The notes beneath the pieces are model-generated. The model was not told where the DNA came from. It worked only from the letters and a program-made list of their open reading frames with translations, and searched no databases. DNA of 20,174 nucleotides from Candidatus Krumholzibacteriota bacterium (GTDB taxonomy: Bacteria > Krumholzibacteriota > Krumholzibacteriia > LZORAL124-64-63). The DNA lies in assembly GCA_039714075.1 (NCBI GenBank), contig JBDLKA010000065.1, positions 1 through 20,174 on the forward strand. Reading direction: 5' to 3'. Below, in pieces: positions 1 through 8,451 of the stretch (its first letter is position 1; each line of letters starts with the position of its first letter). The position numbers and the translations under genes are program-made.

Positions 1-1908
1 GGTCGGCCCGAAGGGATCGTTGCTGTCGGTCCAGCGGTAACCGAAGTTGTCCGGACCGCCGGAACCGTCGATCACCGGGGCGCCGACGCGGGAATCCACG
101 CCGCCCTTGGGGAACGCCATGTAGTCACTCGTCGTGACCGGAGCGCCCAGCAGCAAGGGAGTGGGAATGACGAAATCGAGGGTACCCGCCCCGACGTTGC
201 TCAGCGTGAGCGACTGCAGGGAGGTACCGCCGGTCAGCAGGGCGTCGGAGAGGGACGCCGGTGCCACCGCGATATCCGGGGCACCCAGGGTCATACCCAT
301 GGCCACAGGGGACAGCGGTCCGGCGTTGCCGAACTCGTCGAGGGCCTTGACCGCCAGGTAGTAGGTCGTCGAGAAATCGAGACCCGTGATCCGCATGCTT
401 TCGAGGGTGCCCGGGGCGCCCGGCTTGGGTGTGCCGTTGACGCTGGTGGCGGTCTCGAAGTTCGCGTCGTCGATGGGAAAGGTCGCGTAGCGCAGGTCAT
501 AGCGGCTGGCAGGGCCGGTATTGGCACCGTCGTCTCCAACGGCCGACCACTGGGTGTCCAACCAGTTGGAACCTTCCATCACGACCGCCAGGTCGGTGAT
601 CTGGCCGGGCGGGATGCTGTCAGGTTCGGCGATCGGCCAGAAGGCGTTCAGACGCGCCCCCGACAGAATCACCCCGTCGAGATCCGGAAGCGGATCGGCG
701 AAGTTGAGCAGCAGGGCCTTCGCGTCCAGGGCGTTGATCGTCGGGAAACGCCCGTAGATAAGGGCCAGGGAGCCCGCCACATGGGGCGTGGCCATGGAAG
801 TGCCGCTCAGCGATCCGTAGGAGTTGCCGGGCAGCGTACTGAGAACATTGCTGCCGGGAGCCGCGATATCGACCGAGGTCAATCCGTAGCAGGAAAAGCT
901 GGACAGATCGTCGTTGTGATCCGTGGAGGCCACGGCCACCACGTTGTCCTCGGCGTAGCTGGACGGATAATGGGGACTGGAATCGTTATCGGTGCCGGAG
1001 TTGCCGGCGGCCGCCACGAACAGGTCGTTGTGGGCGCCCGCATCCGCGATGGCCAGGCGCATGGCTTCCGAGAAGCCACCGCCGCCCCAGCTGTTGCTGG
1101 TGAGGTTGACACCCATCATGGTGGCGTACTCGAGGCAATCGATGGCGTCGGCGATGCTGCCCGAGCCTCCGGCGCTCAGGAATTTCAGCGGCATGATCGT
1201 CACGGTCGGACTGACACCGACCACGCCGATCCCGTTGTCCTTGATGCCGCCGATGGTCCCGGAGCAGTGGGTACCATGGCCGTTGTCGTCCATGGGATCG
1301 TTGTCGTTGTTGATGAAGTCCCAGCCGCGGGTATCATCGATGAAGCCGTTGCCGTCGTCATCAATACCATTGCCGGCGATTTCACCCGGGTTGGTCCAGA
1401 TGTTGGCCGCCAGATCGGGGTGGTTGTAATCGACACCGGTGTCGATCACGCCCACGATGATGTTGTGGGAGCCGGTGAACACGTCCCAGGCGATGGTGGC
1501 GTCGATATCCGCCCCGGCGGTACCGCCGGTCTGGCCCGTGTTGTACATGCCCCAGAGTTCGTTGAACCGCGGATCGGTGGGGATATCCACCGCGTCGACG
1601 ATATAGTTCGGCTCAATGATTTCGATGGCGGGATGATTCTTGTACCGACCGATGGCCTTGCCCACGGTCAGACCTTGAATCCGTTTCTGATCCGTTTTGA
1701 TTCTCTTGAAGTGTTTGATCTGTGAGGCCCCAAGGTCCGTCAGGATGGCGTCCTTCTGGGACTGCGGAGCGTTGTCTTTGAACTTGATGATCAGTTCGCC
1801 GACTTTGTGGGGCAGGGAAATTTCTTCGGCCCAGGAGGTTGTGGTTGGCAGGATGAGAAGAATGATCAGTGAGATGAATAGCAGAGTTTGTGTTCGGCCT
1901 TTTTTCAT
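1..1908 (-). CDS. Secreted S8 family (subtilisin-like) serine peptidase with propeptide, FN3-like domain and further C-terminal domains; 3' end lies beyond the left edge
   Basis: Translated by hand from ATG at 1908 (MKKGRTQTLLFISLIILLILPTTTSWA, signal peptide). Catalytic triad motifs VGVIDTGVDYNHPDL, NGHGTHCSGTIG and SGTSMATPHVAG. Later an FN3-like segment (YDLRY) and GGPDNFGYRWTDS at the window edge. Absent from the ORF track because no stop lies in the window. Confidence 0.95.
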   Translation of the reverse strand, partial: MKKGRTQTLLFISLIILLILPTTTSWAEEISLPHKVGELIIKFKDNAPQSQKDAILTDLGASQIKHFKRIKTDQKRIQGLTVGKAIGRYKNHPAIEIIEPNYIVDAVDIPTDPRFNELWGMYNTGQTGGTAGADIDATIAWDVFTGSHNIIVGVIDTGVDYNHPDLAANIWTNPGEIAGNGIDDDGNGFIDDTRGWDFINNDNDPMDDNGHGTHCSGTIGGIKDNGIGVVGVSPTVTIMPLKFLSAGGSGSIADAIDCLEYATMMGVNLTSNSWGGGGFSEAMRLAIADAGAHNDLFVAAAGNSGTDNDSSPHYPSSYAEDNVVAVASTDHNDDLSSFSCYGLTSVDIAAPGSNVLSTLPGNSYGSLSGTSMATPHVAGSLALIYGRFPTINALDAKALLLNFADPLPDLDGVILSGARLNAFWPIAEPDSIPPGQITDLAVVMEGSNWLDTQWSAVGDDGANTGPASRYDLRYATFPIDDANFETATSVNGTPKPGAPGTLESMRITGLDFSTTYYLAVKALDEFGNAGPLSPVAMGMTLGAPDIAVAPASLSDALLTGGTSLQSLTLSNVGAGTLDFVIPTPLLLGAPVTTSDYMAFPKGGVDSRVGAPVIDGSGGPDNFGYRWTDSNDPFGPT

Positions 1909-2031
1909 GGCCCAACCCCCTTGGAATTCTGGTTAAGGAATTCCCTTGGGGGCGGGCGAGAACGTCCTCCTCCCCCAAGGAGCGTATTGTAGAATCCCGG
2001 AAGAAGTCTCTCCCCTCCTCGCGGGAGATTG

Positions 2032-2060
2032 ACCTTACCACGGATGTCATGGAAATGCAA
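2032..2060 (-). promoter_or_regulatory. Putative sigma70 promoter of the S8 peptidase
   Basis: Minus strand TTGCAT-N17-TAAGGT with a TG extended -10 element, about 125 nt upstream of the ATG. Confidence 0.5.
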
Positions 2061-2064
2061 TGGG

Positions 2065-2079
2065 GCATAATGATTATCG
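2065..2079. promoter_or_regulatory. Fur/PerR-box-like palindrome
   Basis: Minus strand CGATAATCATTATGC versus the Fur 7-1-7 consensus TGATAATnATTATCA (11/14 match), 4 nt upstream of the putative -35. Confidence 0.4.
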
Positions 2080-2126
2080 TTTATAACGAGAATAGATCCG
2101 TATAACACCGCAGGCTTTGGCGTGGA

Positions 2127-2465
2127 CTATTCCAGATCCTCGAGAACAACTGCCGTACCGTATGCCAGCAGTTCGGCGGCGTGCTCCATCATTTCACTGG
2201 TCGCGAAACGGACCCCGACCACTGCGTTGGCTCCGTTTTCGGCGGCCTGGGCAATCATGCGGTCCAACGCCTCTTCCCGGCATTCGGCGATCATCTTGGT
2301 GTATTCGCTGATCTCGCCGCCGATCATGTTCTTCAGACCGGCCATCAGGTCCCGGCCCATATGGCGCGCCCTGATGGTATTGCCGCGCACCAGCCCGATC
2401 GTCCTGACGATACGCTTTCCAGCAACATCGTGGGTCGTCGTTACCAGCATCGATCCGTTCATCAA
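2127..2465 (-). CDS. YbjQ / UPF0145 family protein
   Basis: Typical motifs GLVRGNTIRARHMGRDLMAGLKNMIGGE, REEALDRM, GANAVVGVRF and ELLAYGTAV. Start could be 2462 or 2450. Confidence 0.93.
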   Translation of the reverse strand: MMNGSMLVTTTHDVAGKRIVRTIGLVRGNTIRARHMGRDLMAGLKNMIGGEISEYTKMIAECREEALDRMIAQAAENGANAVVGVRFATSEMMEHAAELLAYGTAVVLEDLE

Positions 2466-2483
2466 TCCACCTTCCGGATGATG

Positions 2484-2948
2484 TCAGCGTATGACATCCT
2501 TGTAGCGGGTGCGTTTGCGTTTGAAAACCCGTTCGCGTACGGCCGAAACCGCCAATACCAGACCACCGGCCGCCAGAACGAAGATCCCACCCTTGGCCAC
2601 CAGGGGCAGGTCTTCCGTCTTCAGCAGGGCGGTCAGGGCCTCGGTCACGGCCCAGGCGCCGACGGCCACCAGTCCCACGCACAGCAGGATCCAGCCGACC
2701 GACCGCTCGGCCCGGTTGTACACGCTGCTCCAGAACACTTCCCATTCCTCGGCGGGCGGTTCCTTCAAACGCATGGCGCCGGTAACGGCCTTGAGCCGCC
2801 GCAACTGCTCCACCTCGCGGCGGGACTGTTCGTCTTCCTCCAGATGGGCCTCGATGCGGGCCACATCGCCCGGTTCGAGTTCACCGTCGACGTAGGCGCT
2901 GAGCAGAGGGGCTTCCTTCCGGGGGTCAAAGGGCCCTTTCCCATTCAC
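2484..2948 (-). CDS. Membrane-anchored anti-sigma factor (zf-HC2-like N-terminus lacking the Cys ligands, two TM helices)
   Basis: LLSAYVDGEL...IEAHLEEDEQSR anti-sigma signature, two hydrophobic segments, and a 4-nt overlap with the sigma stop codon. Confidence 0.85.
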   Translation of the reverse strand: MNGKGPFDPRKEAPLLSAYVDGELEPGDVARIEAHLEEDEQSRREVEQLRRLKAVTGAMRLKEPPAEEWEVFWSSVYNRAERSVGWILLCVGLVAVGAWAVTEALTALLKTEDLPLVAKGGIFVLAAGGLVLAVSAVRERVFKRKRTRYKDVIR

Positions 2949-3604
2949 GTTTCTTCCTCCAGGCCGGCGGCCTTGCGCAGCTTCAGACGGGCTGCGTGCA
3001 GCCGCGACATCACCGTCCCGATGGGCACGCCCTGCAGGTCGGCGATCTCACGATATTTGTGACCCTCGAAATGGTAGAGGCGGAAAACCTCGCGCATTTC
3101 CTCGGGAAGTTCCTGGAGTCCGTTCCAGATCTTCTCCCGCAGGTCATCGGCCACCGTTTCGGACAGGGGGTCCGGGCGGCCGTCCGATTGTTTGACCCAT
3201 TCCAGCGGCACTTCCCCCTTGTGCCGTTTTTCGTCCCGCCGCTGGTTGTGGGCGGTGTTGCGGACGATGCGGTAGAGCCAGGGAAAAAATGGTTCGTCGA
3301 GACGGAATTTCGGCAAGGACCGGTGGATGCGGATAAAAGCCTTCTGAACGGCGTCCATCGCATCGTCGTGGCTGCCCGTCAGGTTCAGGGCAATTCCGTA
3401 GGCTCTGTGCCGGTACCGGGTCATCAGTCGTTCGAACCCTTCGTCGTCGCCGTCCAGGAACCGCACGATATCCTCGCGGTCCCGCCGGCGTTCCGCGCCG
3501 AAAGGGTCCTGAACTGGATGACCGGACCCTGACGACGGAGGGGATACACCCCCGCCGGAGTCATTATTCGAGGAATTCCCGGAAAAAAGACCCAGAAAAA
3601 ACAC
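2945..3604 (-). CDS. ECF (sigma-70 group 4) RNA polymerase sigma factor
   Basis: Region 2 (DAMDAVQKAFIRIH, FFPWLYRIVRN) and region 4 (YREIADLQGVPIGTVMSRLHAAR). GTG start directly follows the upstream stop; the exact start is uncertain because of a low-complexity N-terminus. Confidence 0.93.
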   Translation of the reverse strand: MFFLGLFSGNSSNNDSGGGVSPPSSGSGHPVQDPFGAERRRDREDIVRFLDGDDEGFERLMTRYRHRAYGIALNLTGSHDDAMDAVQKAFIRIHRSLPKFRLDEPFFPWLYRIVRNTAHNQRRDEKRHKGEVPLEWVKQSDGRPDPLSETVADDLREKIWNGLQELPEEMREVFRLYHFEGHKYREIADLQGVPIGTVMSRLHAARLKLRKAAGLEEET

Positions 3605-4189
3605 TCAAACGTCTCCCTTGGTATCGGTCCAGGGAACATCGGGGATTCCGGACGCGGCGTTGGCGGCCCTCGCGGCGGTGAAAAGGAAGTCACTCAAGCG
3701 GTTGAGATAGGTCACAGCCCCCGCGGGCACAGGTTCGGCGGCGGCCAGGGCCACCGCTCCCCGTTCGACCCGGCGGCAAACGGCACGTGCCAGATGCAGG
3801 GCGGCCGCGACGGCACACCCCCCCGGCAGGATGAAGTTCTTCAAGGGAGCCAGCGAACCGTCCATGGTGTCGATGAGGGTTTCCAACTCTCCCGGAACGA
3901 ATGGTTGTTCCTCCGGAGGCAGGGCCGCGGTTTCCCTGGATTGGGATGGATGGGCCAGAATCGCGCCCAGGGAAAACAGGCGGCTTTGGATGTCCTGCAG
4001 GACGGCGATCGATAATCCCGGCACCTCCAACCCCGACTCGGCCAGGGCCGCGGCGCCCTGGCCCAGCCAACTGCTCAACTCGTCCACCTCTCCGTAAAGG
4101 GCGACCCGGGGGCCCGATTTCGGGACGCGGGACCCGTCGCCGAGGGAGGTTTCGCCGCTGTCACCGGTCCGAGTATAGATGCGCGCCAT
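3605..4189 (-). CDS. pduO: PduO-type ATP:cob(I)alamin adenosyltransferase
   Basis: MARIYTRTGDSGETSL, YGEVDELSS, FILPGG, HLARAVCRRVER and YLNRLSDFLF motifs. AAAGGAG RBS precedes ATG at 4189 (track start 4306 is too long). Confidence 0.95.
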   Translation of the reverse strand: MARIYTRTGDSGETSLGDGSRVPKSGPRVALYGEVDELSSWLGQGAAALAESGLEVPGLSIAVLQDIQSRLFSLGAILAHPSQSRETAALPPEEQPFVPGELETLIDTMDGSLAPLKNFILPGGCAVAAALHLARAVCRRVERGAVALAAAEPVPAGAVTYLNRLSDFLFTAARAANAASGIPDVPWTDTKGDV

Positions 4190-4254
4190 GGCGCGAGCTC
4201 CTTTGACGAGGGACTTACCGCCGCTGGATGAAAATAGTGGAACAAAAAACCGGT

Positions 4255-4273
4255 CAGGAAAAGACTTTTCCTG
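4255..4273. repeat. Perfect 9-bp inverted repeat in the divergent intergenic region (possible operator or hairpin)
   Basis: CAGGAAAAG-A-CTTTTCCTG; followed on the minus strand by ACCGGTTTTTTG. Confidence 0.5.
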
Positions 4274-4333
4274 TCCTCGGGAGCGAACATGTGCGATTCG
4301 GTCCATCTGAAACTAACATTTACCCTACCGAAG

Positions 4334-4364
4334 AAAGGGCCACCCCCCGGCGGGTCGCCCTTTT
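4334..4364. terminator. Terminator-like GC hairpin
   Basis: AAAGGGC-C-ACCC ... GGGT-C-GCCCTTT(T) stem with A/T flanks. Confidence 0.35.
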
Positions 4365-4398
4365 GCGGAATCAGGAAACCAACCGGGGAGCTCTCGCC

Positions 4399-4767
4399 AT
4401 GATCCAGCCGCATTTCGATGAAAAACTCAATCTGACCACCTATGTGTGCAGTGATCAGGTGACGGCGGAGGAAATCGAAGAGCAGGTCCGGATCCTCTAC
4501 CGGGGCACGCCCAGCCTCAACGCCCTGTGGGATTTCACGGAGGCCGATGTGGCCGCGCTGTCTCCCGAGGACATCCACGGAGTCGCCCAGTACGTCAAGT
4601 CCGCCTCCCATTCCCGGGCCGGCGGCAAGACGGCCCTGGTCTTTTCCACGGCCATGTTGACCGAAATGGGCGCCCTGCTCGAAAGCATCTCCGAAATCGA
4701 GGTTCCCGACGCCAAAATCAAGATTTTCAACGATCTGAAGGCCGCCCTGGCCTGGATCGACTCCTGA
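4399..4767 (+). CDS. Hypothetical 122-aa protein, possibly SpoIIAA/STAS-like fold
   Basis: GGGGAG RBS then MIQPHFDEK. Pattern LWDFTEAD...GKTALV...KIFNDLKAALAWI resembles SpoIIAA-like small proteins. Confidence 0.7.
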   Translation: MIQPHFDEKLNLTTYVCSDQVTAEEIEEQVRILYRGTPSLNALWDFTEADVAALSPEDIHGVAQYVKSASHSRAGGKTALVFSTAMLTEMGALLESISEIEVPDAKIKIFNDLKAALAWIDS

Positions 4768-4819
4768 CCTTGACACGAACCTGTTTTTCACTCACTTTCC
4801 GACAGCCTTGACATTTAGC

Positions 4820-4990
4820 CTGTGTTGTTGCTGGGAACGCCGTGAGAGTCGGCGACAGTAGCGCTGCTGTAACCGGATACGAAATCCCGAGAACCACTCT
4901 TTATTGGGGAAGGCGGGAGAGTAGGCCTGAAGCCGGAAGTCAGAATACCAGTCAACGCAGACCAACCGTGACCTTTCGCTTTAAAAGGAG
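4820..4990 (+). promoter_or_regulatory. Cobalamin riboswitch (translational OFF type)
   Basis: Core motifs GGGAA, GTGAGAGTC, CTGTAAC, CCACT...GGGAAG and B12-box-like AGTCAGAATACCAG. Closing stem CTGTGTTG/CAACGCAG. Loop AGCG (4860-4863) is complementary to CGCT (4977-4980) in the hairpin CCTTT/AAAGG that covers the SD. Lies directly upstream of a BtuB-like gene. Confidence 0.88.
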
Positions 4991-4998
4991 ACCGGCCC

Positions 4999-6870
4999 AT
5001 GCGTGCTTTTCCCGCCTTTCTTGCCCTTTTTATCCTTGTTTTCCAGCTCCGGGCCTTGGCTGAAACCACGACCGATGAGCACCAGACCCGGCAATTGCCG
5101 CCCCTGACCGTCACCGCCATGCGCCTGCCGTCGCAACCCGACCTCGACTCGGCGACGATCACGGTCATCACGCGTGACGATATCGACAGGACCGGGGCCC
5201 ATACGGTGGCCGAACTGCTCCGATTCGTGCCGGGCGCCGATGTCCGGATCACCGGTCAGACGGGCGGCCAAACCTCGGTCTTTTTGCGCGGCGCCAACAG
5301 CAACCATACCCTGGTGCTGATCGACGGAATCCGCGTCAACAGCGCATTCAGCGGGAATTTCGATTTTTCCAGCCTGACGGTCGCCAACGTCGAGCGTGTC
5401 GAGGTGATCCACGGTCCCCAGAGCCTACTGTACGGATCCGAGGCCCTGGGTGGAATCGTCAATATCGTGACGCGACGCGGCGCCGCCGGCGCTTCCGGTT
5501 CGTTGCGCGCCGCCGTCGGCAGCCACGGAGAAACCGAGGGACGCGCGGCGGCCACGTTCGGCGGTGAACGCGCCCGGGCCTCCGTGACCGGTTCCTGGCT
5601 CGAGACCGACAACGACCGGGACAACTCCGCCTATCGGGCGCGGGACCTGGCCGTGTCCGGTGACTGGGAGGTTTCCTCCCGCCTGGCCCTCGGCTTCCAG
5701 GCCTCCCTTTTCGATTCCGAGACCGGAATCCCCAATGACCGCTTCACGAACGACCCCAACGACCAGGGACAAGCCCTCAACAAGCTGGCGGCCCTGTCCC
5801 TGGACGGAGATCCTCTTGACTGGTGGAACCTGGGTCTGACCGTTTCCCGTGCCAGGGACCGGCTGAAGTTCGACGGCCCGGAGCCCAACCCGCCCTTCTT
5901 CTCCGGAGACGTCAATTCGCTGACCACGGGCCGACGCGACCTGGTCGACCTGCAGAACGTCCTGGCCCTGGCCACCGACCACCGGCTCCTGCTCGGCGCC
6001 ACCTATGAACGGACGGAAGTCGACCACTCCGCCTCATCCTCCTTCGGTGACACGCAGCTCGAACCCGACCAGGAGTCGCGCTCGGTATTCGGAGCCTACA
6101 GCTGGAGCGGCGACAGTTTCGAGGTGAACGGCGGCGGGCGTCTGGATGACTACACCTCCTTCGGCTCCCACGAAACCTGGCGCCTGGGCGGCCGTCTGAC
6201 GGTGACCGAGCGGCTGGTGGCCCGCGCCAACGTCGGCACCGGCTTCCGCGCGCCCTCGCTGGTGGACCTGTTCTACCCCGGCTTCAGCAACCCGGATCTC
6301 GAGCCGGAGGAAAGTCTCGGTTGGGATCTTGGTCTGGAAGCCCGTATCGGTGGCGATGACATCAGGGTCAGCGCCGTCTGGTTCGGCAACAGGTTTGATA
6401 ACCTTATCGCCTTCTCGACGACCGCTTTCCGGCCGGAAAACATCGCCGAAGCCCGCACTTCGGGTCTGGAATCCAGTCTGGACTGGGAGATCGGCGACGG
6501 TTGGAACATGCGCGCCTCCTACACCTGGCTCGAGACCGCCGAAGACCGGACCACGGGAATGCGACTGCTGAGGCGGGCGGAACACTCCGGCTCGGTCGAC
6601 CTGTTCGGGGAGATCCGCTCCGGACTGGGGCTGGATGCGCGGGTGCGCCTCGCCGGCTCGTCGGACGACCGCGACTTCTGGGCGTTCCCCGCCCGGGAGG
6701 TCGCCAACGCCGGCTACGTGAAGTGGGACCTGGGAGCCACTGCCAGGCTGAATTCGCACCTCACCGCCCATGGCCGGGTCGAGAACCTGTTCGACGCGCA
6801 ATACGAAGAGGCCTACGGTTTCCCGGCCCTCGGCCGGACCGGCCGCATCGGATTGACCTACGATTTCTGA
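4999..6870 (+). CDS. btuB: TonB-dependent receptor, BtuB-like cobalamin transporter
   Basis: Signal peptide, TonB-box-like LTVTA, plug motifs FLRGANSNHTLVLIDGIRVN and VERVEVIHGPQSLLYGSEALGGIVNI, GFRAPS, NPDLEPEES, ENLFD, C-terminal Phe, upstream B12 riboswitch. Confidence 0.9.
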   Translation: MRAFPAFLALFILVFQLRALAETTTDEHQTRQLPPLTVTAMRLPSQPDLDSATITVITRDDIDRTGAHTVAELLRFVPGADVRITGQTGGQTSVFLRGANSNHTLVLIDGIRVNSAFSGNFDFSSLTVANVERVEVIHGPQSLLYGSEALGGIVNIVTRRGAAGASGSLRAAVGSHGETEGRAAATFGGERARASVTGSWLETDNDRDNSAYRARDLAVSGDWEVSSRLALGFQASLFDSETGIPNDRFTNDPNDQGQALNKLAALSLDGDPLDWWNLGLTVSRARDRLKFDGPEPNPPFFSGDVNSLTTGRRDLVDLQNVLALATDHRLLLGATYERTEVDHSASSSFGDTQLEPDQESRSVFGAYSWSGDSFEVNGGGRLDDYTSFGSHETWRLGGRLTVTERLVARANVGTGFRAPSLVDLFYPGFSNPDLEPEESLGWDLGLEARIGGDDIRVSAVWFGNRFDNLIAFSTTAFRPENIAEARTSGLESSLDWEIGDGWNMRASYTWLETAEDRTTGMRLLRRAEHSGSVDLFGEIRSGLGLDARVRLAGSSDDRDFWAFPAREVANAGYVKWDLGATARLNSHLTAHGRVENLFDAQYEEAYGFPALGRTGRIGLTYDF

Positions 6871-6879
6871 TCCGGCGGG

Positions 6880-7917
6880 TTATTCGGCAGGAAAGTCGCG
6901 GTCAAGAACGCGCTGCCAGATGATCTCGTGAGCGGCCTCTTCGGTACTGGCCAGAAGCACGGCGTCGGGGTCGCCTTCCACCCGCGGATTGCGGGCCTGC
7001 ATCAGGGAATCCGGCCAATGGGCGGCGAACTCGTCGGCCGACCAGGGCCGGTAGCGGTGCCAGAATTTCCAGTGCCACAAAAAGAACTTCCGGGCCCGGG
7101 AGGTCCCCTTTTCATCGTCGCCGAAATATTCCAGGGCCAGCTCGAGGTACCGGCGCAGAATGGCCCAACGCTCGGGGACCGAGGGATCCCAAGGACGCCC
7201 TTCCGCCAGCTCGCGGAAAATCCACGGTTTGATCAGGGCGCCGCGGGCCACCAGGAAGGACGTCACCGTGGTTTCGGCGCGCCGGTGCTCCAGGTCCCAG
7301 GGCGTGAGGAGATCCCCGTTGCCCAGGACCGGGATTTCCACCGCCCGGGCCACTTCGTCGATGAGATCCCAGCGGGCGTTCAGACGGTAGCGCTGGTTCC
7401 GGGTCCGTCCGTGCACGCCGACGGCATCGGCCCCGGCGTCCTGGACCCTCGAGGCCAGGTCGACCACGTTCAGCTTGGCTTCCGAATATCCGAGGCGGAG
7501 TTTCACAGACAGGGGAACGTCGACGGCGCCGCGCACGGCGGCCACGATTTCGCCCAGGCGCGTGGGGCGTTTCAGCAGGGCGGCCCCGGAACCTCGCCTG
7601 ACGATCAGGTCGATGGGGCAGCCGAAATTCAGGTCGATGAAGTTTGCGCCGTGTTCAATGGCGATCCGGGCCGCTTCGGCCATGACCTCGGGGCGTTTGC
7701 CCGCCAGCTGCACGCCGAAATCGGATTCGCTGGGATGATGGCGGATCAGGGGGCGTTCGCCCCCCTTGACGAGTTTGTCACTCAGAACCATTTCGCTGCA
7801 GGTGCGCACCGCGCCGAACTGCCGGCACAGCACCCGGTACGGCAGGTTGCCCCCCATGGCCATGGGAGCCATGGCGATCACGTCCCGGAAGAAATCCCGC
7901 GCCTGCGAACGCTCCAC
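6880..7917 (-). CDS. tRNA-dihydrouridine synthase, Dus3-like
   Basis: IDLNFGCPID catalytic motif, VHGRTRNQRY, LGNGD and ARGALIKPWIF. Confidence 0.92.
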   Translation of the reverse strand: MERSQARDFFRDVIAMAPMAMGGNLPYRVLCRQFGAVRTCSEMVLSDKLVKGGERPLIRHHPSESDFGVQLAGKRPEVMAEAARIAIEHGANFIDLNFGCPIDLIVRRGSGAALLKRPTRLGEIVAAVRGAVDVPLSVKLRLGYSEAKLNVVDLASRVQDAGADAVGVHGRTRNQRYRLNARWDLIDEVARAVEIPVLGNGDLLTPWDLEHRRAETTVTSFLVARGALIKPWIFRELAEGRPWDPSVPERWAILRRYLELALEYFGDDEKGTSRARKFFLWHWKFWHRYRPWSADEFAAHWPDSLMQARNPRVEGDPDAVLLASTEEAAHEIIWQRVLDRDFPAE

Positions 7918-7920
7918 CTG

Positions 7921-8451
7921 TTATCCGCCGTCGAGCATCGAGTTTCCGTCGAAACCGTCGAAGCCCTCGGGATCGGCCATGAAATCGTAGGTGTTCTTGA
8001 GCAGCGAGAAATGGTTCTGCTCCTCGGCCGCCAGGTGCGCGAACACTTCCTTGGCCCGGGGAGAAGTGACGTCGTCCGCGGCCTTGGCGTACATGTGATA
8101 GCCGCGGCGCTCCACGTCCATCGCGCCCTTGAGGATTTCCAGTTCCTCGACCTGGTAATCGTAGGGATCGTTGGCCCCGTCCAGGGCCTTGTCGAAAATG
8201 GCGCGAACGTTCATGGCATGGTCATCATCAACATCGGGGAGTACTTCCAGGGTGTTCTCCCGCAAAATATCATCCCGCATCTTTTCGAGGTGCGCCTTGT
8301 GCCCGGCCTCGTCCTTGGCCAGGGAATTGAAAAGATTGCGCTCCAGGGTCGACGGAGCATTCTGGGCGCGGTCCTGAAAAAACGCCATGCCCTCCTCTTC
8401 GAAAACGATGGCTTTCTCGAGGATTTCCAGGCAGTACTTCACATCGTTCAT
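7921..8451 (-). CDS. Ferritin-like / rubrerythrin family di-iron protein
   Basis: Two repeats with ExxH ligands (LAKDEAGHKAHL, LAAEEQNHFSLL); GGAGG RBS upstream. Confidence 0.88.
   Translation of the reverse strand: MNDVKYCLEILEKAIVFEEEGMAFFQDRAQNAPSTLERNLFNSLAKDEAGHKAHLEKMRDDILRENTLEVLPDVDDDHAMNVRAIFDKALDGANDPYDYQVEELEILKGAMDVERRGYHMYAKAADDVTSPRAKEVFAHLAAEEQNHFSLLKNTYDFMADPEGFDGFDGNSMLDGG

Noticed and set aside
781..1725. 314-aa plus-strand ORF and other short ORFs in 134-1936
   Set aside because: Antisense or off-frame shadows of the minus-strand S8 peptidase, which has a full catalytic triad.
1985..2035. c-di-GMP-I riboswitch in the S8 leader (also GGGATGCAAAG in the array leader)
   Set aside because: Only superficial similarity; the GGCAAAC...GACGCAAAGC core and the paired P2/P3 architecture are missing.
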